A stretch of DNA of 64,000 nucleotides from Sphaerodactylus townsendi (GCF_021028975.2 NC_059437.1:31124001-31188000), one strand, 5' to 3'; counted from the stretch's first letter, positions 1 through 13,769 are shown. The notes: generated by a model not told the origin, from the sequence alone. Numbers and translations: made by a program.

Positions 1-245
1 TCTTCTTGAAGGATATGACCCAAGCGGAAGTATGTGTTTGTTTGTTTTTGTGTTTTTTAAAATACACTCAAAGGTGGGGTTAGGGATTTTTTTTGTTGGT
101 TTTCTTTGTTATTTTTTGTTAATTTTGTCATTAGGTAATTGAATGTCTGTATTATCGGTACTGTAATATCAATGTTATCGTCTGTACCTTGAAATTTCTT
201 TATATTGCGATTAACACATTAATAAAAAATTAAATATAAAAAAAG
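1..245 (+). mobile_element. 3' end of a poly(A)-tailed retroelement (L1/Tx1-like)
   Basis: T-rich 3'UTR followed by AATAAA and an A-rich tail at about 220-244. No coding part is visible. Confidence 0.45.
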
Positions 246-3200
246 TTTCCACCCTAACACAACACAACAGCCAATCAGGACGAGGAAGAACAGACCCGCC
301 GAGCAGATCACGTGTTCGTGTGGACTGTTACATTGTTTGAAACCGTGGTAGACATTGAGGTCTTCACTAGACACACGCTGAAGTGGGGAGGAAGAAACCG
401 CCATAAAAAGGTGCTGTTTCTTTTGAAACTGGGGTGTATCCGGCTTAATTTCTCAGTGGGGAATCCACCCTAGTCATCTCATCCTTTTGAGAAGGTAACT
501 TTAAGCTGTTGCTATTTCCTTCTTGCTTTCCTGCCAACAGTAATCTGTTTGCTGCCTTTACTGTTTAAAGTATAGGTGATGGTGCACCAGGAAGGCAGTT
601 TGCCCACTTGTTTGCTCTGTTGGCTTCTGCGCAGTTACTGCTTGCGGTGCGGTTTGCAGTGAGACTTTCCCGTGGTTTTCTGTGTACAGGGAAGTTCTGC
701 TACAAAGTGTCCCCAGCCATGCCGTGCCATGAATGCACAGCAAACAAACAATTTAAGGGGTGTGTGGCACCTGCAGGGCTGACCTTCTTCACCCTGACTT
801 TGCCTCCCATAGCTTCTGCTTCGGACAGACCGTGGGCCAGCCCATAAAGGAGGGACCTGCCTGGGTAGCCTGCTCACGAAGTGCTGCTGCCTGCATAGCT
901 TCCAAACTGCCATTTGCCCCAGCCCCAGCCCCTCCCCCACCCACCCACCCACCCACCCACCCACTATGGCTAATGGATTGTGGGCCTGTAGCTTATTCAC
1001 AGCAGGAGCCCCAGGACTTGGCCGAGGGCTCTGGGGCCCTGCAGGTATCCCTCCTCCCTGGTGGCCCAGGTACCCCACAGAAGGCTCACATTTATATCCA
1101 GGGGTTAATTCCTTCTCCTCCACCTTGCAGGGCAGGAAGAGCAGTTGTGTGGGTGGGAGAAGGTGACAAAACCTGATGGAAGGGAAATGCATGCTGATTC
1201 CCTTCACAGGGGAAGTGAGGCGGGAAGAAAAGTCACACTTTACTGGGTTTAAAAACAGCAGGGCTTCTCTGCCCTGGACTACGGTGAGTTCAGAAGAGGA
1301 CAAAATTTATCCGTAACTCAGAATCTAACCCAGGCCCTTACTGCACAGGCCATCTAACATGGTATAACAACAGGATATAACCTGTTGTGGGCGGGAGCTT
1401 CGCACAGTTCCTACCCTTGCATCTGGTCTGCCCTGGTTTTTCCACCCCAACCCAGCATAAATGAGAATGGGGAAAGTGTGACTTTTCCTTCCCTTCTCAG
1501 GGAAGGCTAAGAGAATTTGGATGCATTACATTTCCTCCAGGTTTTCCAGCTCCTCCCTGCCTCCCCCTGCCTACACAACAGCTCTTCTGGCCAAGACTGA
1601 ATGCATCGTTTTGTTAAATTTTTGCACTGCAGGTATGTCAGTAATGCAATATACCCATGAAACTGACATGGTCTATTGCATTACTGATAGACCGAAACTG
1701 GCGCCACAAAAAAGTAAAGGTGGGGAGGCAGCAGGCAACCTCCCCAGAGGCAGATTGAATGAAAATGAAAAGGAAGCAGTGGTGGTGGTGGGGGGGGGGG
1801 AGGGGGGAAATGGTGGTTCAGATTAGCACAGCTAAGTATGCTTTGGAGCAAGAGATTTCCCCTGCAAACAGAAAACCGGAGAAAACTACACTGTGAAGCA
1901 AACAGATGCATCACAGCCAGTAAGTGCATAAACTAGGCTAATGTTCTGCTGGCCTAATGAAAGACTAGATCTGCACCTGTTTAGCTTCAGTGACTCACCC
2001 TGGATTCTCAGGCCTTTCACTGGCCTCAGAGGGCTTGCTCAGAGTCCTGAAGGGTATGGTGGGATATGAAGAGCCAGAGGCTCTCTGCTCCAAGTGTTGG
2101 AATGGAGCTTTCCAGGTCTTTGCAAAGGTGTTTACACACGGCTATCACAGAGTGGCTCTTGCTTCAGCTAGGCTTGCTATGTAAGGTGAAGCCTGCCATT
2201 GGCCAGAATACCATCCTCATTGCAAATACTTCTCTTTGCATTCTCTCCCCCACACAGATAAAGCAGATAAAAGACAAGTGGAACTCAAAAGCAATTTAAA
2301 CAGCTGCATATGCAAAAGTGATGGAGAGCAGCACTTATCTACATTTCCAAGGAAGGAAGCCCCGCTGAATTCAACTGGACTGACTTTCTGCACACACGTG
2401 CAGAAAGGTGGAATGACTGTTACATTTGGCTTCTGGTCCCACTATGCAAAGCAGCAGTGGAGATGGTGGCACACAAGCCACCTTTCATTTGGGTACAGAG
2501 CATATCCAGAATTATCGGGGTGGGTGCAGAGATTAGAGTTCACAAGCCAGCATCCCCAGTATTGCCAACCCAATTATTTCAAGCTAAAGGTATTTTTAGC
2601 TTGGGGGGAAGGGGTTCCCCTTTACTGGAAAAAAAATCCCAACCTTATTCAGCAGAGCCAATTCATAAGCCTGCTGCCAAAAAAAGCTAAGATTCATTTT
2701 TTTTTTTGCTCTTGGAGCAGTCCATGCCCTTGTGGGCTCTCTCGTGGACTTGGGAAATGGGGGGAAGGGCACTGGAGCTGAACGCTTGATTCCAGCATTC
2801 AAGTGCTTCCCCACCACTGTTTCCCAAGTGTCCATGGATTTGGAAGATGGCAGCAGGGTGGAGGAGCACTTGGACTCCAAAATTTAGATCAAGGCCACCA
2901 GCAGAGGTGGGGAGAACTGAATACTGAACTTGTCATGGCTGAGCTGAACATTCAGGTCTCCCCGACGCTACAGGTTTTCAGGTCCTCGAGGATTTGGGAT
3001 GTAGTGGGAACTTCTCAAGTACATGTGACTTTCGATAAATTTCGACAAAAAGCCAAGTGAACCCGATGGGCTTTATGTTGGCTTTATTCATCTTTACCTA
3101 AAATTTCTTGGTTTTTAAAACCTGAGCCTGACATTTATCAAATTAAATGAAATTGTACTCACCCCTATTTCAGCCCCTTATTTAATGATTAGCAATATGG

Positions 3201-3544
3201 TTAGCATGTTTTTATTTGTTTTGAAAATGTATAATAATAGGTATTGTGTGTGTATTATTATTATTGACTATATATACACGCGCTTTTTTATATCTCTAAA
3301 TATATACACACACAAATACATAAATCTCTCTCTCACACACACACACACACACATGCTCTCCAAAACTGCAGAGAATAGGAAGAACACGCATAAAAATATG
3401 GGTGTTGTTCTTCCTATTCTCTGCAGTTTTGGAGAGCAATATTAGATCTAATGGGCTTAAGAACAGGAGGGTAGATTTCTATGGACTGGCAGAAGAAAAT
3501 TCCTAATGGTGATAAATAGCAGTTCGACAGTAGAATTAAATGTG

Positions 3545-3748
3545 CCACCTCTGGTTGGGAAATTCCCAGAAATTTGTAGGGAGGGAACCTGAGGAGGTGA
3601 TGGATTGGAACTCATCAGGGATATGATGCTACTGAGTCCATCTTCTAAAACAGCCATTTCTCCAGGGGAATGCATCTCATCTCTATAGTCTGCAGATCAG
3701 TTGCATTCTGGGAGAACTCCAGGGCCTAACTGGAGGTTGGCAACCCCA
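3545..3748 (-). repeat. Abundant dispersed non-autonomous repeat (AGGGTTGCCA...TGGCAACCC family)
   Basis: Shared core CAGAGATCAGTTCCCCTGGAGAAAATGG-like sequence. Also seen at about 12120-12285, 17258-17420, 28699-28870, 31385-31575, 37545-37667, 41610-41795 and 44575-44670. Confidence 0.7.
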
Positions 3749-4419
3749 TGGAATCGTTACTTAGTGTGTAGGTAGCCATTCTCTTTCTGGTGGCCCTGAA
3801 GAGAGGCTGGGCTGCCATCTGTTAACAAATGAATGAATTTCCTGTATTGATTGTGGGTTAAACTAGAATTCTGTTTATTGGTTGTGTATTTATCTGTTTT
3901 TAATACTGTTGTGTGATTACCGGTATATTGGAAGTCTCCTGACTGCAATTATTTAGTTCATTTATACCCTACCTTCCCCCCCGCCCATGAACATGCAAAG
4001 CAGATTACATTGTTCTCCACCTTGTGAGATAGGTTAGGCTGACAGTGTGTGATGGATCCAATCAGCTTCCATGACAGAGTGGAGATATGAAACTGGGTCT
4101 CCCAGATCCTTATCTAAGCCTCTAACCATGAAGGTTCTCTTGACTTCTGCTCCAGATTTCTAGATGTGGGAAGTATCCATGATGCAAAGATTCTCAGAAT
4201 CTTTAATTTTTCCAGGAGGTTTCAGCTTTGATTGGCACATATCTTGGGAATGCGGAACTTGTTTCCTAATTCCTGGCACAAAGATCTAAACCAAACTAAG
4301 CCCAGATGTATTGATAGTTACTTATAGAAAAGTTTCTTCATAAGTCTGTAGTAGTTTCTAGATCAAATCAAGCCTAGTAGCAGAAATGACTGTCATATTT
4401 CAGTTACAACATGAGAAGA

Positions 4420-4617
4420 CAAAAGTCACTGGAAGAAACAATAATACTAGGAAAAGTTGAAGGCAGCAGGAAACGAACAAGACCCCACATGAGATGGATT
4501 GATTCAATAAAGGAAGCCATGGTCTTCAGCCTGTAAGACCTGAGCAAAGTTGTTAGCCATAGGATGTTTTGGAGGTCATTAATTCATAGGGTTGCCATAA
4601 ATTGAAGCAACTTGACC
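4420..4617 (+). mobile_element. RTE/BovB-type LINE 3' fragment
   Basis: Translates as SLEETIILGKVEGSRKRTRPHMRWIDSIKEA, the RTE ORF end. Confidence 0.8.
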
Positions 4618-5058
4618 ATTTCTCAGGCAAAAGCTTTCTTCCTAAATGGTAAGTACAGGAGGAACAGGAAGATAGCCAAGGATGGGGGTGAGGTATCTCA
4701 AATTCCTCATGCATCCATATATGCTACTATGGGAAATGGAATTTAGTCAAGGGCATATGGGTTCAAAAGTCTGTTTCCCACTTGAGCAGCTCCAAGATCT
4801 TTGCTTCTGTGAACAGTTTCAAAGTGAAAACATACTTTATCATTTTCAAAGCCACCAAAAGTCCTTCCAGAAAATAAAACGGCATTGGCTACCACAGTGT
4901 TCTCAGTTGGTTCTTTGCAACTCTCTTGAAATCTAGTAATCCTCAGTATGCTCTGGAAAGAGTGATACACATCTAAAGCCAGCCAAGCTTAGCTGGATTT
5001 AAGCATCTGGCTGGGAGATGAAATCTGGCTGGGAGATCTGGCTGGGATATGAAATCTG

Positions 5059-5133
5059 AGAGTAGCAGAGTGCTGGACTAGACGGACTCTGGTCTGATCC
5101 AGCAGGCTAGTTCTTATGTTCTTATGTTCTTAT
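5059..5133 (+). mobile_element. CR1 extreme 3' fragment
   Basis: gagtagcagagtgctggactaga...(TTCTTATG)n. Confidence 0.8.
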
Positions 5134-6772
5134 CTCAGTTTGAGCCATGAAGTTTTCTTATACTGAGTCAGCCCACCGGTCTGTCCCTGATTGGCAGCAG
5201 CTCTCCAAGCAAAGAAAGGTCTTCCTCGAAAGCTTTGTTGCGTGATCCATTTTTTAAAACTGGAGATACTGAGGCTTGAACCTGTAGCATTATGCATTGA
5301 AAGGCTGCACTTCCATTTCTTGAGATACTTCCAGTTTCCCTCATGTGGTTCTCTGTCCATCTTCTAGTTAGTGCAGTACACAGAGCTGTTCTTCTGGTGA
5401 TGCAAGAGGGTTTTTTTCCCTAAACTTGATGAGCTTGCATTGCAATAATCTTAATGTGCAAACCTGTCCAGCAAAGGCAAACTAGATGTGGTAGAAACCA
5501 AAGACATTAGACAATGGATGCTTTATCCTGATAGATCACCCAGCAATGAACACACGCTTGTATTGGGCTGCCGTTATGACACAGAATTCAAGGATTTATC
5601 CGTCTTGTGCAATAGTGACTACAGTTTGGGTTCATTTATGCACATGCACACTTTGATTTTGTTTATAGCACTAACCACAAACTCAGCGTGCAAAACAGAA
5701 ACAGAGATTTCTGGGTGTAGTATTGGCAAATGTAACAGAAGCACACATGGAGCCCAACACAACCCACAACCCAAGACAGCTGAGTTTGGTATATGGGTGG
5801 TGTGGAAGCCTGACTCCCTGCGAAAGCGCACTGCAGTATTCTTGGGTCCCATGATGCAACTGATGGATGCAGACAACAAACTGTAATGGGACCAATCAGA
5901 ATAATCAGGGATAAATTCATCTTGCGTACAAACTCCTGAGCCACCAGTTCAGCAAAGCCTTGCTATTTTCTTTTTCTTTCACTTTTTGCAGGTTGTTCAA
6001 TCCCTCTCTCCAGTATATTTTTATGTATTTTTATTTGTGTATTTATTCCATTTATATCCCACCCTACACCAAAGTCACAGGGCGGCTTACATAATAGGGT
6101 TAAAAGCCCCACTAAAACCATACCATCTTAAAAACATAAAACATTAAAAACCACCATTAAAACATTCTTTAAAAACAATCCATAAAAACATCCATTAACA
6201 ATCCCCACTCCACCCTTCAGCTGGCATCGAGACAGGAGACCCTGGAGGTCACACATAGGGTGAGGCAGCTGATTATTTTTCTGTGGACAAGAAACCATGC
6301 ATGGAAGGTGAGAAGGAAACAAGCTTGATCAAACTCCTTCATCAAATATAGGATGAAGCTCCGTCAGGCTGTGCGAAGCAGGCAGGGAAGGAGAAAGAGC
6401 TTAAGCTAAAGGCCTTGCAGTTTGGGATCAGTTTGGGATCCGCTCGCTCCCACTGAAGCCATTCTTCTTTGATCTAAGACTCAAGAAAGCTTGACATCTT
6501 CCCCCATAGGAGTGTACACGTCTGCCCCTTGCAAGGATTTGACAGCAGATCTTGAGGATGGGTTTCTGATCTGGGCTGTAAAAAAGGAATGGGGGTGAGC
6601 TTCTTCCCAGCTCCTTTGGGGCAGACTCTTGTTTCTGGGCTGGTTCCAACTGCTCAATGCCATGCTGCTGGCATGGGGATGGGAGTACACTGCTTCCAAT
6701 GAACCAAAAAGAAAGCAAAAAAACCCCCTAAGAGAATGCAAATTACACAACAGAGAAATCCCCCTGTAAACT

Positions 6773-7165
6773 CAGAGGTGGGATCCAGCAGGTTCTCACA
6801 GGTTCCCAAGAGTAGGTTACTAATTATTTGTGTGTGCCAAGAGGGGGTTACAAATGGGTGATTTTGCCACATGATTTTTGCCTTAGTTACGCCCCTCCTC
6901 TCAGCAGTAGCGCACAGAACTTGAAGCAGTCTAGCAGGAGGTGCACTGGTGTGCGTGGCAGCCTGTGCCTGCGTGCAATTCATTTCCCGCCCAAGGACTG
7001 CCGCAGCGGCTGCATCCTTGCAACAGCCCCGCCCAGGAATGCCCCGTCCCCGGAATGCCCAGCCACGCCCCCGTTGTGCCCAGCCCAGCCCCATTGGTGC
7101 TACACCACAGTTTGAATCCCACCACCATGGGAACCTGTTACTAAAATTTTTGGATCCCACCACAG
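6773..7165. mobile_element. hAT MITE of the same family as 8727-8918 (longer, opposite orientation)
   Basis: CAGAGGTGGGATCCA...TGGATCCCACCACAG termini and shared subterminal sequence. Confidence 0.78.
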
Positions 7166-8698
7166 TGGGGAGCTAGGCTCTTTCCAAAACTGCCACCTCC
7201 TTAGGGTTGATATTCAGCATCCCATTTGGGTGGTTTAGACAATCAGGAAATGCATCAGCTGAAAAGACAGAAATCAACTGACAAAGAGCTCAGGCCACCA
7301 GGAATTTTCCCAGTGGAAGCAAGGACACAGAAGGGGTTTTCCTATGGAGTGGGATGAGAACCTGTCACCGTTGCACAGATTGCTTCAAGTGTTGCTGGGA
7401 AGTTACATTTTGACATCAGACTCAAAGTTCAACATGTATTCAAAAGATGGCGAAAAAACACTCAAAACTATGATGACATGCCTCCTTCAAAACCTAGTAA
7501 GAGCATGATACATTTGGAAGCTGGCTGGACTTTGAGTCAGGATGATGGCTATGATTGTGTTGTGTTGCAACCTCCCCTGTTCTTCCTCAAAAGAGCTCTC
7601 AGCATTTTAGTTGTGGTTCCCATGTGGTCCATTTCCCACCCAGTCATCCTGCAGGGCCAGGCTTGCTTACAAACCGCAATAAAATTGCCATTGGATCTCA
7701 TCAGATCCATCCCTGGTTTCATGCCATTAACATTCCTGTATATAATGGCCAACATAAAGAGAAAGTTGCTACGACCTATATCTCCTTGCTAGATGAAATT
7801 TAGAGGGGAACTTCTTGGGAAAAAATGGACACTGGTCTACCTTTTGAATGACCACAATGAAATTCAATGACATATTAAGGTATCCTTCAAGTTATCATAA
7901 TACTAGGAACATAGCCTGCTCATGCTCCCTCTCCGTGGGGCTGTAGTCACGGGCCACAATGCCATGGACCTGAGAGATAGAAATGTGCAACGTTGGCTGA
8001 ATATGGAACCCTACTGGAGATGCTTCCATTCTTTTGAATCTGACTTTTGGAGGTTTGATCTGGGAATTTCACTGGGAGCATAAACAGAACAGGATATACA
8101 CATATGAAGCTGTCCAGAATCAAGTCAGAGTATTGGCACATCTAACTCCCTTTCTCTATTCCAAAGGCAGCAGCTCTCCTGGGTCTTAGGTAGAGAAAAA
8201 TATTTTCTAATACTTGCCACCTTAGGGACAAACTAGACATTAGAGAGTTCATCTGTCTGACCCCTGGATGCCAATGCCATTGTAGAGCTGAATGTGACCA
8301 TTTAAAATTGTCCTGAGGCACCCACATGGGACCAGTCAATCTTCTCTCCCATGCCTTCCCAATGACGAAGCAGCCCCCCAACACCTCTTTTAGCATTTGA
8401 AAACCCACAGTTAGGGGAATAAATCAACCTGGTCCTGCTGTGCTGTGGGCCTGGTCAGTATCAGGCCCTTATAATACTTTCAATGGCCTAGTTCAGCCCA
8501 AAAATTGTGTTGGCCTCTGTACATCAGAAACCATAATGTCTAGATTGGCCCTGAGATCATCCAGTTGGTTGAACTTGGAGCCTGCAGCATGTAAGGTAAG
8601 TGTTCTGCTCCCATATTTTGTGTGCAAAGCATGTTCCTTGCCAATAAACCACAGCTGCTTCCCTAATCTTATAAGAGAAGCCCTTGATCCATCTAGAT

Positions 8699-9084
8699 CA
8701 GGGGTTCTCAACCTGTGGGTCGCAACCAGTGGTGGGATCCAAAAATTTTAATAACAGGTTGCAATGATGGTGGGATTCAAACAGTGGCGCCACCGCACAC
8801 ACGCACCTCCAGTCCCTATTGGGCAGGGAGGTTGCTTTAGTAACCCCTTCTTGGCACTCAGAAAAAATTAGTAACCACTTATAGAGAAGTGGTGAGAACT
8901 GGTTGGATCCCACCTCTGGTCGCGACCCCTTTGGGAGTCGAACAACCCTTTCACTGGGGTTTCCTAAGACTCTGTGCATCAGTGTTCTCCATCTGTAAAA
9001 TGGATAAATGTTAGGGTTGGGGGTCACCACAACATGAGGAACTGTATTAAAGGGTCACGGCATTAGGAAGGTTGAGAACCACTG
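8699..9084 (+). mobile_element. SPIN (Space Invader)/URR1-like non-autonomous hAT element
   Basis: TIRs CAGGGGTTCTCAACCT and AGGTTGAGAACCACTG with a perfect 8-bp TSD ATCTAGAT. The internal sequences GTCGCGACCCCTTTGGGAGTCGAACAACCCTTTCAC and GGGGGTCACCACAACATGAGGAACTGTATTAAAGGGTC match the recalled SPIN MITE consensus. Confidence 0.85.
8727..8918. mobile_element. hAT MITE nested in the SPIN element
   Basis: TIRs CAGTGGTGGGATCCA and TGGATCCCACCTCTG; TSD GTCGCAAC/GTCGCGAC. Confidence 0.85.
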
Positions 9085-11421
9085 ATCTAGATCAATATTG
9101 GGGCTCTCCAGAGTCTCGGGTAAAGAAGGGTCTCTCCTATCTATCCTCCAGTTGGAGCAGCCAGGGACTGAACCTGGGATCTTCTGCATGCTTGCTAAGC
9201 AGTTGCTCTGTCTCTGGTCTGGGCACCTTCTCATTCTGTAAATATGCACAAGATGTCCCACACCAAACAATATAAGGAAATAGTAACTATTAAGGGCACT
9301 TAGGGCAGACATGCCTGAAAGGAGCAGCCTGTGATGGAAAGAGGATGACACACTGGCAGTCCCATAAAAACAAACCACAATGAGTTTGTGATGTCATCAG
9401 TGCCAAAAGTTTCTACCTAGATACTTGGCTGACTGTTGCAGGGGAATCCTACTTAAAGCAACCTCTGCTTTCTCTTCCACAAGTGATACCGGTTGTACTG
9501 AAAATGTATTGGGCTATTTTTGTTCTCTGGGCCCATCGAAAACGTCCATGGCCTCTGCACATAAACTTATGTTAAAATCAATGCATGCCAAGTGTGTTCA
9601 GTGTGGGTGATGCCTAATTTCAACACAGAGAGTGAGAGAGAACAGAGAGAAGGTGTGGTGGATGCTTTTGGTCCACACCCTCCACTCTTCTTTCCCTTGA
9701 GTTTCTGCTATTCCACCTGGGCACCATTAAGATAATCTGTTTAGTGAACTGAAAAAAAAATCTGGACTCCATCACAGCATTTCCATCAGCTTTGAAGAAA
9801 GTTCCACTCACAGAGTTAATCGTTGAGTACATTTAAGAGGAGAAAAGGGACCTAAACTCCGTGCCAAAAATGAGTTACACCATTCTTTGCCTTGTGATAA
9901 AAGACTACCAAGATGGCTCATGTCCAGGCTTTTCTCTAAGGGTTTTTTGTCACCTGGATTAAAAGTCCTTAGAAACACCAAGTGAGCCAGCATTCCTAAG
10001 AAATCACAGAGTTGATGAGTGATGCATACCAGTCTTATCTAAGACATTTGGAAGAGGCCAAAAAATTAGGTTATTGTCTAGCAGTGACTTAGATGTGCCA
10101 CGAGCCCTTCTGGACAATGGGATGGGGTTCACTTTGGTGACTTAATATCTCAGCCTCTCATTCTAGTGTCCAGTCAGCAGTCTTGCCAGACAGAATGCAA
10201 TCTGCCCACTGTGATTTCAGCACCTATCGGGAGTGGCTCTCGGCTTGCTTTTGCCCAAGGAAAGAGTAGGAAGCATGTGTTTGCCTCTTTCCTCAGCCCC
10301 ATGCTCTTAATTATATGTCAGCCCCAGCTTCTGTCTGATGGGTATATGAAAATAACAGTCACAAAGGGAGATGGCGACACATCAGGGTACAAATTAAGCA
10401 CCTACTTTGGTGTGGATCTGCGGAGCTGGCACATTCATGCTATCCTTCTTTGACTTCTCTGGCCTGACTCTGAGGCTGAGGTGCCACAGCAAGTCCAGGA
10501 AACACATCTTGCAAGGTGTGTTCACAGCACTGCCAAACATCTGGTTGGCAGAAACAGAAAGGGAGGGGGAGAGGCCATGGGCAAAGCACTCTGGGTAATA
10601 TTATTCAAGACCTCTCAATGTGGTCTGAGAGGGATGCCTAATTTAGTGCCTGGTTGACCAGCTGCCATTGCTGCCTTCCATTCAAAACACCCACCTGATA
10701 ATTTATTGATTTAATTCTTTCTCCAAAATAAATGACAGTGTTACTGTCAGCAAATTCAGAGCACAGGTTGGTTAACACTGGATCCTGTCATAAAATGTCG
10801 AGGTTTCTTGTGGGAGAAGGCATTACCTAAAGAATAGGGCATGCCTCCCTCACAAAGTCTACTTGCCAATATCCAAGGGCCACCCCACACAGTGGGTTTA
10901 ATTTACCTCCATTCTTCCTTCTGGCTATCTTTTCCGGGGACCTGAGCTGGCTTTTAGCTTTATGACATTGTATTGACCTCATTAACTACCTCAAGCAAAG
11001 CAAACAATGAAATCATCCACAGAAAATCCCTCTGGGGAAAGATTGGGCATTACCTCCTTGCTCTCCAGGCGTGAGTCAGACCTTTGCAGACTCTTAATTA
11101 CTATCTTCAGCTTGTTTGGTCTCCCCCTGTCCCCATGGTAAGGAAAACCAGTCACTGCACTTCACTACAAAACTTCCTGGGGGGTTGATTAAGGCTATGA
11201 AGATAAGTCAAATCTAGCAGTTTGATTGAAACCCATTGGGCTGGCAAAATGGTGCCCTAATTAATTGGGAAATATATTCCCTTTGTTAAAAGGTAATCAT
11301 TTATAATCAAAGCTGCCCTTTTAGGAGAGCCATAACTCTTCTCAATGAGGGTTCTGCCATGGCCTATGCCCAGAATTATCAGCTTCTAATTAGGAAGTTA
11401 CTGGAGATTTGGGAATGGAGC

Positions 11422-11517
11422 CAGGGTTATATTGATGCATGGGCACTCTAGGCAGTTGCCCAGGGGCCCCATCACCATAGGGGCCCCATGATAAACTATG
11501 TATGTTGTGATTTGCTG

Positions 11518-11563
<46 letters not shown>

Positions 11564-12115
11564 CAAACAAAACTATAAATACTTGTTATTGGAAAATGGA
11601 TATTTACTATGTGTTTTACTAAAGATAATGAGTGATATTCATGTTAATTTTTCTGATAGCAAGCAGACATGGGCATTCGCCTTTGATTTAGTATCGCTGT
11701 CACCTCTGCAACCACTTGTGCATGTGGGTATCTCAAGAACTACATTAAAAGGGGCTTGGCCAAATTTATGGAGGAGAAGTCGATCTATGGCTACCAATCC
11801 TGATCCTCCTTGTTCTGAGATTGCAAATGCCTCAGCAGACCAGGTGCTTGGGAGCAGTAGCAGCAGCAGAAGGCTATTGCTTTCACATCCTGCATGTGAG
11901 CTCCCAAAGGCACCTGGTGGGCCACTGCGAGTAGCAGAGTGCTGGACTAGATGGACTCAGGTCTGATCCAGCAGGCTCTTTCTTATGTTCTTATATAACG
12001 TTAAAAGCATATCTGTTAACATCACTTCAACTCACGTGTCTTAATAGCAATGATTGACAGGGACTCCAGTGCACTGCTTTGCCCGGGGGCCTATAATGCT
12101 GTTAAAAGGGTCCTG
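11422..12115. mobile_element. hAT element containing (AATC)n (11518-11562) and a CR1 fragment
   Basis: CAGGG...CCTG termini with TSD AATGGAGC/GATGGAGC. It is inserted into an AGGGTTGCCA-family repeat. Confidence 0.6.
11740..11995 (+). mobile_element. CR1 3' fragment
   Basis: Same 3'UTR as 23447-23700, ending in TTCTTATGTTCTTA. Confidence 0.85.
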
Positions 12116-12789
12116 GATGGAGCCTGGGAAGAGTGGAGTTCTGGGAGGAAGGGGAGCTCAGCAGGGATGTGAGGCCATAGATCTCACCAACATGGCTATT
12201 TTCTCCAAGCGGCCTGATCTCTGTAGACTGGAGATCAGTTGTAATTTTAAGGGAATTCCTGGCCTCACCCAAAGGTTGGCAACACTACCAGCACAAGCCT
12301 CATTTTTTTAAAAAAAGAATATTTTTCTTCAAAAAGTTTGTTGTATTCATATGCAAGTACATGCATTATCAAATGAACAATTTATTTAATTGAATGAAAC
12401 CTATGGATTTCCTAATCTAAGTGGCAATGCCGGGTTAAGTGCAGTGATGTTGAGTCTACTCATCCCTGGGCTTTAGAATAAACGAATCCTCCAGATGTCT
12501 GAATAGGGTGAGATTGGGGGGGGGGGGAGAGACTTGGATTAGGTCCTGTTAAGCAGTCTGCGGTCAGTTTCCTGCTCTTGGCCTTGTGGGCAAAGTTTCA
12601 TGCCATTGTCTAGAACTGTGGTTCTCAAATCTTTTATATCTTATGTCCCACCAATCATACTGTTACAGATTCTGGGTTCAACTATGATAGAAACAAAAAA
12701 GTACTTTTGCCAAGTAGGATATTTACATATTTACAGGAACTGTGATGTAGTAGTAGCAGTAGTAGTAGCAGTAGTAGCAGTAGTAGTAG

Positions 12790-13076
12790 TAGAAGAAGTA
12801 GTAGTTTGATTTTATTCCCCACCTTTTTCTCCTTCAAGGAGACTCAAGGTGGCTTACAAGCTCCTTTCCCTTCCTCACCCCACAACAGACACCTTGTGAG
12901 GTAGGTGGGGCTGAGAGAGTTCCAAAGAATCTGATTAGCCCAAGGTCACCCAGCAGGAATGTAGGAGTTGGAAACATCTAGTTCACCATATAAGCCTCCA
13001 CCACTCATGTAGAGGAGTGGGGAATCAAATCCAGTTCTCTAGATTAGAATCCACCTGCTCTTAACCACTACACCGT
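12790..13076 (-). mobile_element. CORE-type SINE with (GTA/GCA)n tail (12747-12805)
   Basis: Reverse-strand match to the same family. Confidence 0.78.
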
Positions 13077-13769
13077 ATTGGCTCTCTTAAAAGTTCAGAG
13101 TTGCAGAAGCACGTGTGATAAGCTCTGGCAGATAGGGTCAGCAAGAAGCAGCACATCAAAGAGATCTGCTGGTGGGCCAGGGGAACGGAGGATTAGAAGA
13201 AACACCAAAGTGTTCAAGGTTACTACTAGCATGCTAAAATTGTCACAGATGGATAATGCAATTTATCACTCTGCAATCAGCAGGTTGAAATATTGCATGC
13301 GCAGCTGAGGGTCACTTATTCCAAGATTTCTAAGAACTATCGTAATATAAGTATCATGTTTGTGAAATATATCCATGATAAATTTTGGTAAAGTTCATAA
13401 TCTCGTGCTCATTTAAGTCCCCACACCCCTTCCCAGCATTCATCCTGTCCCACATTGCATAAATCAGGATCTCACTTCCTGGAATGTCCAAAATTCTTCC
13501 ATTGTGCATTGTATAGAGAGGACTTCAACCAGGAATGTGCCAACAAGCACCTCTTAGTCTGACACTGCTGGTCATCATATCAAAAAGCACTAAGATGGCA
13601 TTCTCTTGCAGAATGGGGAACAAATTAGATTTAGCTTCCTCAGACTGATGGACACACTGCCAAGAAGTGAAGAGGCTAGGTTCTGGTGGATACAAATAAT
13701 TCTGCAGGGCCTGTAAGATCAAAATGTTCTGCTGGGCTTATGGCTCCGGCTGCCATGGATTCACTACAT

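Noticed and set aside
260-470. Promoter-like motifs (CCAAT, CACGTG, CATAAAA)
   Set aside because: No linked exon or gene can be supported, and the motifs are short.
635-1303. 222-aa minus-strand ORF and overlapping ORFs
   Set aside because: Low-complexity, built around a (CCCA)n tract, with no recognisable domain.
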